The translations under genes were made by a program, and so were the position numbers. A DNA stretch of 62,505 nt, the filler included. It is 6 parts of 6 records of this genome, joined end to end, with 100 filler letters (N's around TTAATTAATTAA, not from the genome) between each part and the next. Parts side by side here need not be neighbours in the genome. Positions count along the whole stretch, not along the records: positions 13,544 to 20,410 come from DRR723986_29517; positions 20,511 to 27,438 come from DRR723986_29538; positions 27,539 to 33,930 come from DRR723986_29576; 3 more parts are not named here. One strand, written 5' to 3'. The notes beneath the pieces are model-generated. The model had not been told where the DNA came from. It saw nothing but the letters and a program-made list of their open reading frames with translations, and ran no database searches. This document shows positions 18,226 to 29,523 of the stretch, piece after piece. Positions within the stretch are counted from its first letter, which is position 1. The number at the start of each line of letters is the position of its first letter.

Positions 18226-18765
18226 ATTAAACAGCGAGCGAATCGGGGTGGGCGCGCACCCAAGGCGCCTATCAATGAGAACATTGACGCAACTGAAGTC
18301 CGACTGATTGATGCCGAAGGCAATCAGGTCGGGATTGTTCCGATCGAAGACGCCCTGCGTATGGCGGAAGAGGCGACCCTGGATCTGGTGCAGGTTACGG
18401 ATTCCGATCCGATCGTCTGTAAGATAATGGACTACGGCAAGAAGATCTTTGAAGAGAAAAAGGCCAAGGCGGCTGCCAAGAAAAAGCAGAAGCAGACGCA
18501 GGTCAAAGAGCTGAAGTTCCGACCAGGAACGGAAGAAGGGGATTATCAGGTCAAACTACGCAACCTGGTACGTTTCCTTGAGAACGGGGACCGCGGCAAG
18601 ATCACAATCCGGTTCCGTGGACGTGAGATGGCTCACCAGGAAATTGGTATGAAGCTCATGCAGCGGATTGAGGAAGATGTGGCAGAAATAGCCCAGGTTG
18701 AGATGCGGCCGAAAATGGAAGGCCGGCAGATGACCATGGTTATCGCACCCCGTAAGAAGAAGTGA
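18226..18765 (+). CDS. infC: Translation initiation factor IF-3, ATT start
   Basis: Frame is open upstream of the ORF-track ATG to ATT AAA at 18226, with GGAG 8 nt before; INENI...EVRLID N-domain. Confidence 0.95.
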   Translation: MKQRANRGGRAPKAPINENIDATEVRLIDAEGNQVGIVPIEDALRMAEEATLDLVQVTDSDPIVCKIMDYGKKIFEEKKAKAAAKKKQKQTQVKELKFRPGTEEGDYQVKLRNLVRFLENGDRGKITIRFRGREMAHQEIGMKLMQRIEEDVAEIAQVEMRPKMEGRQMTMVIAPRKKK

Positions 18766-18857
18766 ACCTGATCCCATGACGGGTCCCCCGCATTAGCGGG
18801 GGATTTGTCGTTCAGGGGCACAATTGTTTATCCAAAATAGAATGCGGAGTTTTAAAA

Positions 18858-19049
18858 ATGCCGAAGATGAAAACCAAGAGCGGAGCTACCAAGCGGTTCA
18901 AGAAGACCGCCACTGGCTTCAAGCACAAGCAGTCCTTCACCAGCCACATCCTGACCAAGAAGAGCCCGAAGCGTAAGCGTCAGCTGCGCGGTACCAAGCT
19001 CATCGCCAAGTCGGACGTGGCATCTATCAAGCGCATGACCGCGTGCTGA
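18858..19049 (+). CDS. rpmI: 50S ribosomal protein L35
   Basis: [17 protein letters not shown]; conserved synteny. Confidence 0.98.
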   Translation: MPKMKTKSGATKRFKKTATGFKHKQSFTSHILTKKSPKRKRQLRGTKLIAKSDVASIKRMTAC

Positions 19050-19099
19050 TTCAGCCGCGCGAATCATTCCTTAGAAAGTAAAGGTAGAAGGATTAAAGT

Positions 19100-19453
19100 A
19101 TGGCTCGTGTAAAGCGTGGCGTGGTAGCACGTCGTCGTCACAAGAAGATTCTCAATCAGGCCAAAGGTTACTACGGTGCCCGTAGCCGTGTTTACCGCGT
19201 TGCCAAGCAAGCGGTTATCAAGGCCGGTCAATATGCCTACCGTGACCGTCGCAACCGTAAGCGTGCATTCCGCGCTCTGTGGATTGCCCGTATCAACGCT
19301 GGCGCCCGTGCAAACGGTCTGTCTTACAGCCGTCTGATCGCTGGTCTGAAGAAAGCGAATGTTGAAATCGATCGTAAGGTTCTGGCCGATCTGGCCATGA
19401 ACGAACAGCAGGCGTTTGCCGCTGTTGTTGAGAAGGCCAAAGCGTCCCTGTGA
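19100..19453 (+). CDS. rplT: 50S ribosomal protein L20
   Basis: [24 protein letters not shown]. Confidence 0.98.
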   Translation: MARVKRGVVARRRHKKILNQAKGYYGARSRVYRVAKQAVIKAGQYAYRDRRNRKRAFRALWIARINAGARANGLSYSRLIAGLKKANVEIDRKVLADLAMNEQQAFAAVVEKAKASL

Positions 19454-19520
19454 TCGCTTAAGCTCTTTCATCGATTGCTGATCGATCCGGGCGCCCCATG
19501 TTTCATGACGGCGCCTTCTG

Positions 19521-20410
<890 letters not shown>

Positions 20411-20510
20411 NNNNNNNNNNNNNNNNNNNNNNNNNNNNNNNNNNNNNNNNNNNNTTAATTAATTAANNNNNNNNNNNNNNNNNNNNNNNNNNNNNNNNNN
20501 NNNNNNNNNN
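20411..20510. other. Artificial contig spacer
   Basis: N44-TTAATTAATTAA-N44. Confidence 0.99.
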
Positions 20511-20539
20511 CGAGGGTTCGAATCCCTTCGTCTCCGCCA
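20511..20539 (+). tRNA. 3' end of a tRNA, probably tRNA-Ser (partial gene or att duplicate)
   Basis: GAGGG-TTCGAAT-CCCTT T-arm, then CGTCTCC-G-CCA (G discriminator); anticodon not visible. Confidence 0.75.
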
Positions 20540-20779
20540 CTTTCTTTTCTTATAAACTTTTCTCTTAAACACACCGAAATAATCACTCATGTATTTCAAT
20601 GGGTTGCGGTAGGTATTGGCTGTAGTGAATGCCTTACATTACTATGTATGGGATAATGTTTTGCCAAGATAATGTGCAGTTTTCTCTGCGGACCGAGTAA
20701 GCCTAGTTAAGCCGAGTTTTCTCGGCGCTGAGATTTTGGTCTTTTGAAATGAATTGGTCGCTATTGGTGGGGCAGAGTA

Positions 20780-20809
20780 TAGTTCCGATTTTGCCCCAAA
20801 GCGGACAAT
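20780..20809 (+). repeat. Copy of the 30-nt palindrome family seen in contig 1
   Basis: TAGTTCCGATTTTGCCCCAAAGCGGACAAT; shares CCCAAAGCGGAC with 6172 and 6449. Confidence 0.5.
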
Positions 20810-21323
20810 TTAGGTTGCTAGATTTGAGAGGGAGAAAAATGTATTGTTCTTCTTTAGGCCCTGGGTTTAATGGACGTGCTTTTAGATGAATAATATTTAG
20901 CTGTCTTTTGTGAGTAGTGACGTTTTCTTGGTTCTTGGTTTTGATGATTGGTTGGCTTTAGTCTATGTTTGCGTGTCTAATCCTTTCCTATCGTTGGGTC
21001 GCCCCCCCCCTTGCTCCACAGGATTTGTTCGTCTTTCCCCAGAAATGATAGCCACTTTCGTTCAGCTGATATTCAGACAGATTATGTGGGCCACGCTTTA
21101 GGATAAATTTTCTTCTGACAATACTCCTCTATAACTAAAGTAGTTCGGGCTTTTAAAGACATCCATCAGTTGACCATAAAGCAGAAAGTACAATCTATAC
21201 GCTAGCACACAATAAATATTACGCGCTCGCTCTCATGACCGATTGATTTAACTTTGTATATCTGTAAAGTTTCTCAGAAAAGGCGTGGTGAGTACGACAT
21301 GTCTCACACAATAAGGAATTAAT

Positions 21324-22211
21324 ATGATGTCGGACGCCACTTTGACAGGGCGTAATTTCAATTTCATTTCAGGTTTGCCTAGATCAGGGTCAACCTTATT
21401 GTCCGCGATCTTGCGACAAAACCCAAAATTTCATGCTGGTATGACCAGTCCCGTGGGTGGCTTGTTTACAAATCTAATCGCGTCTGTAAGCGCAGGTTCG
21501 GAAATGGCCCCAATGGTCAACACAGAACAACGCAAGCGTTTATCAAAGGGCTTGTTTGAGAGCTATTATGCCGATCTTCCGACTGATCGCACAATGGTGT
21601 TTGATACCAACCGCACCTGGACAGCCAATCTAGCCGCCGTGACAGAACTTTTCCCAACTGCGAGGGTCATATGCTGTGTACGTAATGTGGCGTGGGTGAT
21701 GGACAGCATGGAACGACAATTTCAATCAAACGCATTTGAAAACACACGCCTATTCGGTGACGCTGGTCAGCGCAGCACCGTATTTACCCGCTGCGAGGCG
21801 CTCGCGAACCGTAATGGCTTGGTAGGATACGCTTGGTCTGCCCTGCAGGAAGCACTCTATAGCCAGAATGCGGACCGACTTTTGATCGTGGATTACGATC
21901 TCTTGGCAGCACGGCCCAGCGATGTGATCAATCTGATTTATGGCTTTCTCGACGAAGAGCCTTTTGATCATGATTTTGAAAATGTTGAGTATGACGCCCC
22001 GGCCTTTGATGAAAACCTGGGCGTGTCGGGCCTACATAAGGTTCATAAAAAAGTGCAACCGATGCCTCGCCGCACCATCCTGCCACCCGAATTGTTTGAA
22101 CAGTATTCCAAGCTTAATTTCTGGCAGAATCTAAAAGGCAGTGCTGCGAAGATGATTACGCATCAACCTGAGCCGCTTGAAGTGATCAAGGATCAGATGA
22201 TTGATGCATAA
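21324..22211 (+). CDS. PAPS-dependent sulfotransferase
   Basis: 5'-PSB loop SGLPRSGSTLL; 3'-PB-like VRNVAWVMDS; AAGGA RBS. Confidence 0.9.
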   Translation: MMSDATLTGRNFNFISGLPRSGSTLLSAILRQNPKFHAGMTSPVGGLFTNLIASVSAGSEMAPMVNTEQRKRLSKGLFESYYADLPTDRTMVFDTNRTWTANLAAVTELFPTARVICCVRNVAWVMDSMERQFQSNAFENTRLFGDAGQRSTVFTRCEALANRNGLVGYAWSALQEALYSQNADRLLIVDYDLLAARPSDVINLIYGFLDEEPFDHDFENVEYDAPAFDENLGVSGLHKVHKKVQPMPRRTILPPELFEQYSKLNFWQNLKGSAAKMITHQPEPLEVIKDQMIDA

Positions 22212-22299
22212 CCCTAACCCAAGAACCTGCCAAGTGTTTTTGGCCATTAAACCATGTGTAAATAGAGTATCCAACGATTGAGCATGTGAGAAGAAACCA

Positions 22300-25200
22300 A
22301 TGACTGCTAACCTCGCCCCAACTCTTACGGGTGTTTTAACGCCTAACGTAACTTTCGAAGGATCGGCGCCCGTTAATGTTTTTTCTGGTACACCGGCTGT
22401 GGATGACGGTGACACAGGCGTTGACCAGAATTTTATTGGTCTCACATTTACTATTGCAGGCCTCGAAGATGGGGCAAATGAATTGCTGCTTCTGGACGGT
22501 AGCAGTATTTCTCTCGTAAACGGATCCGGTACACTTAATACGGCGAGCTTCGGTGATATTGGTTATGCCGTTTCGGTGTCGGGTGTCTCTGCTGACGTTA
22601 CGTTAACGCTGCCCAACCTTTCGGCATCCCAGGTTGAAAATTTATTATTAACAGTTGGTTACAACAATACCGCAACGACACCAACCGCAGGCGGAGGGCG
22701 GACGGTTCTGATTGCATCCTTACAGGATGATGGCACTGGCACCGACCCGGGTGTTGATGCGACCAGCACTAGTTTTGTCACCAGTATTACACTCGGTGGG
22801 ACGGGCGGTTCTGGTGATGATTCTGGAAGTGGATCAGGTGGCTCGGGCGGAAGTTCATCGAGCAGTATCAGTATCAATGAAGTAGATGTGGATACATCTG
22901 GTTCGCCGGACACCAGTGAGTTTATTGAGCTCTATGACGGTGGGGTGGGTAGCACTGCGCTCAATAATCTAGCTTTAGTACTGTTTGACAGCACGGGTAC
23001 ATCCTACCTCACCGTTGATATTAGCACAGGGACCACCGGTTTTGGAGGTTTTTATACGGTAGGTGGCAGTGGTGTCACGGGTGCTGATCAGAGCTTTGCT
23101 TTATCCGACGCCATTCAGAACGGCGCGGGCGTTGTGGTGCTTGTCAATTTTACCACTGACCCTGCAACCGAATTTCCGAATGGTACGCTGCTCTCCAGCC
23201 TAACGCAGAGCAATATTGCAGATTCGCTCGTGTTTTCAACAGATGGGACAGATGCGTCTTCACTCGCAACCACACTAGGGACCATTTTGGGGGATGTGCC
23301 CGTTGTGGTGGGCGAAAATGACAATTTAAATGCTGAAGGAGAATCTGTCGCCGCAACAACAGATGGCGGTGATGTGTTTATAGCCACCACACCCACGCCT
23401 GGTGCCACCAATGGCGGCGGTACCGGTGGTGGAGACACAGTAGGTGGGGGTGGAGACACGGTTAGTGGTGGTAATTCGGCGCCTACAATTACACTTCCTT
23501 CCGCGCCTACGGTCAATGTTGGCGACACCAATGTTGCGATTGATGACACGATCGATATCGTTGACGTGGACGGTGTTGACACGCAAACTGTTACCTTAAC
23601 TATTACGGGTGGCACTGTTTCCATTGATACGAATACAGGCGTAACGGTAACAACTGGCGACGGCACAGACGACAGTTCGCTTGTGTTCGTTGGCTCAGAG
23701 GTACAAGTGGATGCTGCGCTTGATAGCCTCACCTTCACGCCAGCGTCAGGGGTGAGTGGCACAGGTGCAGGCCAAATTCAGATACAGGTGGATGATGGTG
23801 CTGGCGGCAATGACGATGAGACGCTAACCTTTGATATCAACGGCTCGCAAACCTTTATCGTTACGACACTCGATGACGAAGCCTTCAACAATGACGGCAA
23901 TGACGCGACAGACGGTGCGGGTCTCTCGCTCAGGGAAGCCATTGGCCTTGCGAACGCAAATAGCGCCACCGCCGACACAATTGTTTTCCAGCCGGGCCTA
24001 ACTGGAACCGTTACCCTGAGCGGTGGTGAGCTTTCGATCACGGGTGATGTCTCCATTACTGGAAGTAACGACAGCAACACCGACGCTGAAATCACCATTG
24101 ATGGCAATAATGCATCGCGTGTGTTCACGATTACCGGCACGGATACGGATGTAACGCTTGCCTCTCTCACAATCACGGGTGGTAACGCAACAGGTGACGG
24201 CGGCGCCATCAATGTTGCTGGCGGCAACAGTGGCGGTAACGCTGATGCAGATCCTGTTGAGCCCGACGAGTCTAATTCTGTCACTCTTGTTTACAGCACT
24301 GTGAGTGGAAATACCGCGAGCGGTTCTGGCGGCGGTATTTATGTCGGCAATGACGCAGATGCTATTATCTTTTCTAGTACCATAAGTGGCAACTCAGCAG
24401 GCACTGATGGTGGTGGTATTTTTGCCAGCACATATGCAGACATCTCAGTGTCCAATGCAACAATCAGTGGCAACATCGCGACAATGTCTGGTGGTGGCAT
24501 TCGCAGCTATGATGGTCAGGTCGCAGTTTTCAATAGCACTATTAGTGGTAACACAGCGGGCACTGATGGCGGTGGCCTTGCAATTGGTGGGTCGTTGGGC
24601 CTCTTTGTTTTGTCGAACAGTATTGTTCTCGGGAACAGTGGCGGCAATGACGATGAAATCGTAGGCTCCCTTGCTACGCAGGGTACTAACATTGTTGGTG
24701 TTGTTGGTGGTGACTTTGACGCGAATGGCGATGCCAATATCGACAATGCAAACCCGACAGATGTTTTTGCCAATACAGACAGTAATGGTGCAGGCGTGCT
24801 TATCGACAATGGCGGGCCGGTTCAAACCATCGCGCTCAATCCCAGCACGTCAAACCCCGCGCTTGATGTGGTGGACCACGACAGCCTCTCGACCGATGCA
24901 AATGGCAACACCCGTGAGGTGGACCTTGGGGGTTTTGGAAACGACGGTGCCAACACCGACTTTGGCGATCTGGGTGCGTTTGAGCTGCAAACGGTGCCAA
25001 ACCGTGCACCCACGCTTGGCGGTACACCGGCGGATGATACGGCAACGGAAGATGCGGCGAGCGCGATTGACCTGTCGGCTTATGACGTGGCCGATCTGGA
25101 CGGCGACTCCATAACGCTCACTCTTGCTGTGGACCGCGGCACACTCGCGGCCGCAGGCGGCAATGGCACAGCGAACGGTGTAACGGTTGCAAACTCGGGC

Positions 25201-27438
25201 TCAACCTCACTCACGCTTCAGGGTAGTGCGGCAGACCTGAACACGTTCCTCAACAACACCAGCAACATTCTCTTTACCACTGACTTGAACGACACAACGG
25301 CGGCAACCCTCACCGTCACGCCAAATGATGGCACGGTGAATGGCACGGCAGACACGGTATCCGTCACCATCACACCTGCTGACGACCCTACAACAGCAAC
25401 CGGTATACCAGCTTCTGTTACCGCCATTGAAGAAACGGCAACCGGCATAGATTTATCTGACATTAGTTTTGATGACGTTGACAGCGCTTCTATCATTGTA
25501 ACTCTTACAGCCTCCGGAGGCACACTTTCTGCTACATCCAGTGGTGATGTAACGGTAGGCGGTGCTGGCACTGGGGCACTGACGCTGTCTGGCGCGGTTG
25601 CTGACATTAACACATTCCTCGATACTACAACCAACATTCAGTACACAGGTGCACTGAATGTTACGGGTAACAACGCTGCAAGTATTAACGTCTCAGTTGA
25701 TGGTGCGGCACCTCTTGCCACCGTCAATGTGAATATCACCAGCATTAATGATGCACCAACACTCACCGCAACGGCAGTTGGCGGCAACCAGGAAGTTGGC
25801 GGCGCACCTGTAGACCTGTTCTCTAATATTTCGGTCACGGACGGTGATGATGAAGCTGTCCAGCTCCTGAGGGCATTCTCTATTTCGGTGACCGGTGTCG
25901 TTGACGGTGCCGATGAGCGTATCGTTTTGGCTGATGGAACAGTCATTCCGCTTATTAACACCGCGCTCGATCTTGGGTCTGACCCTGCCATTCAGGTGAT
26001 TGTAGCAGGCAGCAATGTTGTTGTTGGCTTCGTCAGTATCAGTGGTTTAACGGCCGCTGAGGTGCAAACACAAATTGATGGCCTTAGCTACCAGAACATC
26101 GCCGCAAACCCAACTGGCGGTGCCCGCACGATTGAGCTTTCCAGCTTGCAGGATAATGGCGGCACGGATAACGGCGGCGTGGACAATGCCTCCGGCCCCA
26201 GCAATATGGGTTTTGATATCGTGGCCACCGTTAATGTGGGCGCGAATGCGGCACCAATCATTGATAATTTGGCAGCTGTGTCAGGGGTCACGGTTGGCGG
26301 TGGTGCGCAGTCGATCTTAGTCGGCGGGCAAATTAGTGATGCCAACGGCGCTGACACACAAACAGTTACCATCGCAGTAACCGGCGGTACGGCAAGCGTG
26401 AGCGCTTCAGGCAGCATTGCACTTGGTGACATTACCGATAACGGTACCAGCACACTCAGTTTTTCAGGTAGCCTTACAGATGTAAACGCTGTGCTCGGCA
26501 GCCTCACATTCACGCCGGATGGCAGCATTATTGGTGATGGCAATAATGGCACCAGCCTTGGTTCTGTTACTGTCACAACAAATGATGGCGCGAACCCAAG
26601 TGTGATGGCACAGGGCGGTTTCGGGATCGGCGAGGCAGGAAGCCTTGTTGTCACATCAGCCAATGATGATGTTGATGCGTTTGACGGTGAGACCACGCTT
26701 CGGGAAGCGATTAATTTTGCGAACTCTGTTGCAAACGGCGGCACCACACCAACCATTACGTTCGACCTTGACCCGAGCACCGATGGTGCACAGGGCGGCA
26801 CAATTGTTCTTGGTGGCACGCACATCTCAATCACTGATGCAGTTAATATCAACGGCGATGTGGACGGTGACGGCAACGGCGATGTGACGATTGACGCCAA
26901 TGACGACTCGCGCGTGTTCGATATCACGGTTGGTGGCACTTACGATGTTGACGATGCTGGCAATAGCGACCTTGATGTAACCTTCACTGGCCTCACGATC
27001 ACCGGTGGCAACACCGACGCAAGCAGTGATGAAGGCGGCGGCAGCGGGGAAGGTGGCGGCATCCGGTCTGTTGGCAATGTTACGCTAGTGGGCAGCACTG
27101 TCACCAACAACGCCACCACAAGCGACGAGGGTGAAGGCGGCGGGGTTATAAGCCTCGGTACGCTGACGCTCAACAATAGTACTGTAAGCAACAACTCAAC
27201 AGCAGGAACAGGGGCTGAAGGTGGCGGCATATCCGGCGTTGATGTTGTGCTAACCAACAACAGTTCCGTCAGCAACAACTCTACGGCCGGTAGTGATTCA
27301 CCTGGTGGCGGCATCATTGCCGGAAATTCTGTCACCATAACGAACAGTACGGTGAGTGGTAACTCCACAGTGGGCTCAGATGGTGGCGGTATTTATTTAT
27401 CGTATGGCGGCACTGTTACGCTTACGAACAGTACCGTA
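22300..27438 (+). CDS. Giant surface adhesin-like protein (lamin-tail-like, cadherin/Ig-like, CSLREA and GGAI beta-helix repeats; 3' truncated)
   Basis: Over 1700 aa, rich in T/G/S/D; SINEVDVD...EFIELYD; NxAPT repeats; LSLREAI and TTLREAI; many GGGI/GGAI motifs. Confidence 0.85.
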
Positions 27439-27538
27439 NNNNNNNNNNNNNNNNNNNNNNNNNNNNNNNNNNNNNNNNNNNNTTAATTAATTAANNNNNN
27501 NNNNNNNNNNNNNNNNNNNNNNNNNNNNNNNNNNNNNN
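27439..27538. other. Artificial contig spacer
   Basis: N44-TTAATTAATTAA-N44. Confidence 0.99.
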
Positions 27539-27859
27539 GATCGGCAGGCCGTGGCAGTCCCAGCCCGGAACGTAGTTGCTCTCGAAGCCCGTCATCTGCA
27601 TGGAGCGCGTGACGATGTCTTTCAGAGTCTTGTTCAGCGCATGGCCGATATGGATGTTGCCGTTGGCATAGGGAGGTCCGTCATGCAACACGAATTTGTT
27701 GCGGCCCTTGCCCTGTTCGCGCAGCTTTTTGTAGACGTTCATCTGCTCCCAGCGAGCGAGGATTTCCGGCTCTTTCTTGGGAAGGCCGGCGCGCATCGGG
27801 AATTCGGTCTGCGGCAGGTTCAGCGTTTCGGAATAGTCGCGTTTATCTGTCTCGGTCAT
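27539..27859 (-). CDS. ileS: Isoleucine--tRNA ligase (N-terminal part)
   Basis: [42 protein letters not shown]. Confidence 0.95.
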
Positions 27860-27980
27860 CGTCACGTCGATCCGGTCGTTCGGGCCCTGGGCCCGCGTCA
27901 TATGTCAGGATGATTGCCGGCCCGTTTCGGGCAGCAACATGAAATCAGGAAGTCCCGGTCCCTGGCGCCGCATTGCCGCG

Positions 27981-28058
27981 TCAGCCGAAGGCCGGGCAAG
28001 TAATTCGCGTAATCGCGATCGTCGGTCTGGCGACGACTATGAGAGCCTTGTGTTGCAT
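27981..28058 (-). CDS. Candidate ileS leader peptide MQHKALIVVARPTIAITRITCPAFG (25 aa)
   Basis: Hand translation; 4 Ile codons (ATA, ATC, ATT, ATT); 3' end lies in a CCCGG...CCGGG hairpin; GCTATGTC -10-like element 7 nt before the ATG. Confidence 0.55.
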   Translation of the reverse strand: MQHKALIVVARPTIAITRITCPAFG

Positions 28059-28239
28059 GGCAAGGGACATAGCAGCACTTCGGCGATGAATAAAGATGTT
28101 CCGGCAAATCCTGTGTTGTTTGTCTGTCCGGCAAACGTACAACTTCCGAAAATCGGCTTCGGGTAACCGAATATGAATGTCTTTCGGTCATGGATAGGCC
28201 CGGATTGAGACGGGTGAGCGACGGACAGACCGGCAGAAA

Positions 28240-29523
28240 ATGGCCAATCAGGTGAAACAGGCGGCAAATGGGTCGCAGGCGGGCGTACACAAGGCAAGTC
28301 TCTGGTCTCGCGGTGTCGTGACAGGCGACTGGCTGAGCTGGGACCGGATCGGCTTTGCATGTCTGTGCTCAGCGATCGGTTTCACGCTGGGTCTGTTGTG
28401 GATGCTGGTGGTGCCTAATACTTATGGCGCACCCAACGGCACGTTGCTGATGGATTACCTCAGCTTCTGGATGGCAGGGGGCCAGGCTCTCACCGGAACG
28501 CCGGAAGTGGCATACAGTCCCGCTGCGTTTTCCGCCCTCCAGCAGCAGTACACCGGAACAGACACCGTCTTCGGTTTCTTCTATCCTCCCACGTTCCAGA
28601 TGTTGCAGATGCCATTTGCGCTTCTGCCCTACAAGATTGCGTTTGCCGTCTTTATCGGGATCACCACGGGTCTGTTGTGTCTGGCCTGCCGCCTGATTGC
28701 GGGCAACTGGCTGCTGGCCGCCTGTCTGATCCTTGTACCGGCCTGCGCGAACAACGCCTTCCATGGCCAGAATGCAGCGTTGACCGCAGCGCTCTACGGT
28801 TTCTTTCTCGTCGGGATCGAACGGCGGCAGATGGTGTGGGCGGGCATCGCGCTGGGTCTTCTGACCATCAAACCGCAGTTGGGCATCCTGGTTCCGCTGG
28901 CCCTTGTTGCCAGCTTCAATTGGCGGACCTTCCTGAGTGCATCCGTCTCGACGCTGGTGTTCGCTGCGCTCGGCGTTGCGGTACTCGGCATTGGCACCTG
29001 GCAGGCCTTCTGGATTCAGGCGCCGGTTGCCTCCGCCATGATGGAGCTGGGCGGCGTGGAATGGGTCAAGATGATTTCGGTTTACGGTGCAGGCAGGGTG
29101 CTGGGGCTCGGTCATCTGCCGGCGATGATGGTGCAGGCGGTCTTTGCCCTTGCTGCTGCCGTTTGCGTGTGGCGTGTCTGGCGGCGGACGGACGCCATGT
29201 CGGTGCGGGCTCCGGTCCTGGTCGGCGGCACCTTGCTGGTCACACCCTTTGCCCTTTCCTACGACCTGACGCTGATCATCATCCCTTGCGCCTTCCTGAT
29301 CCGCGAGGGCCTCAGAAACGGCTTCTTGCCTTACGAGAAAATAGCGCTCTTCATCATCATCGGCCTGTCTGCATCCACCAGCCCGTTTGCGATCTGGCTC
29401 GGCATGCCGATCGCACCCGTCCTGCCGGTGATGCTCGTCTGGCTGGGGCTGCGCAGACTGCACTTGCACGCCGCACATCCGGAACGTGAGCACCTCGACA
29501 GCGCGGTTGCCGGGTCAGTTTGA
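28240..29523 (+). CDS. Glycosyltransferase family 87 (DUF2029) membrane protein
   Basis: DYLSFW, FFYPP, GQNA, IKPQLG, YDL; multi-TM. Confidence 0.85.
   Translation: MANQVKQAANGSQAGVHKASLWSRGVVTGDWLSWDRIGFACLCSAIGFTLGLLWMLVVPNTYGAPNGTLLMDYLSFWMAGGQALTGTPEVAYSPAAFSALQQQYTGTDTVFGFFYPPTFQMLQMPFALLPYKIAFAVFIGITTGLLCLACRLIAGNWLLAACLILVPACANNAFHGQNAALTAALYGFFLVGIERRQMVWAGIALGLLTIKPQLGILVPLALVASFNWRTFLSASVSTLVFAALGVAVLGIGTWQAFWIQAPVASAMMELGGVEWVKMISVYGAGRVLGLGHLPAMMVQAVFALAAAVCVWRVWRRTDAMSVRAPVLVGGTLLVTPFALSYDLTLIIIPCAFLIREGLRNGFLPYEKIALFIIIGLSASTSPFAIWLGMPIAPVLPVMLVWLGLRRLHLHAAHPEREHLDSAVAGSV

Noticed and set aside
20511-20539. tRNA fragments at 20511 and 56304 as attL/attR of one element
   Set aside because: They are different tRNAs, different ends and on different contigs.
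27860-28240. T-box riboswitch upstream of ileS
   Set aside because: No T-box consensus (AAnnnGGGTGGnACCGCG-like) or U-tailed terminator was seen; a leader peptide fits better.
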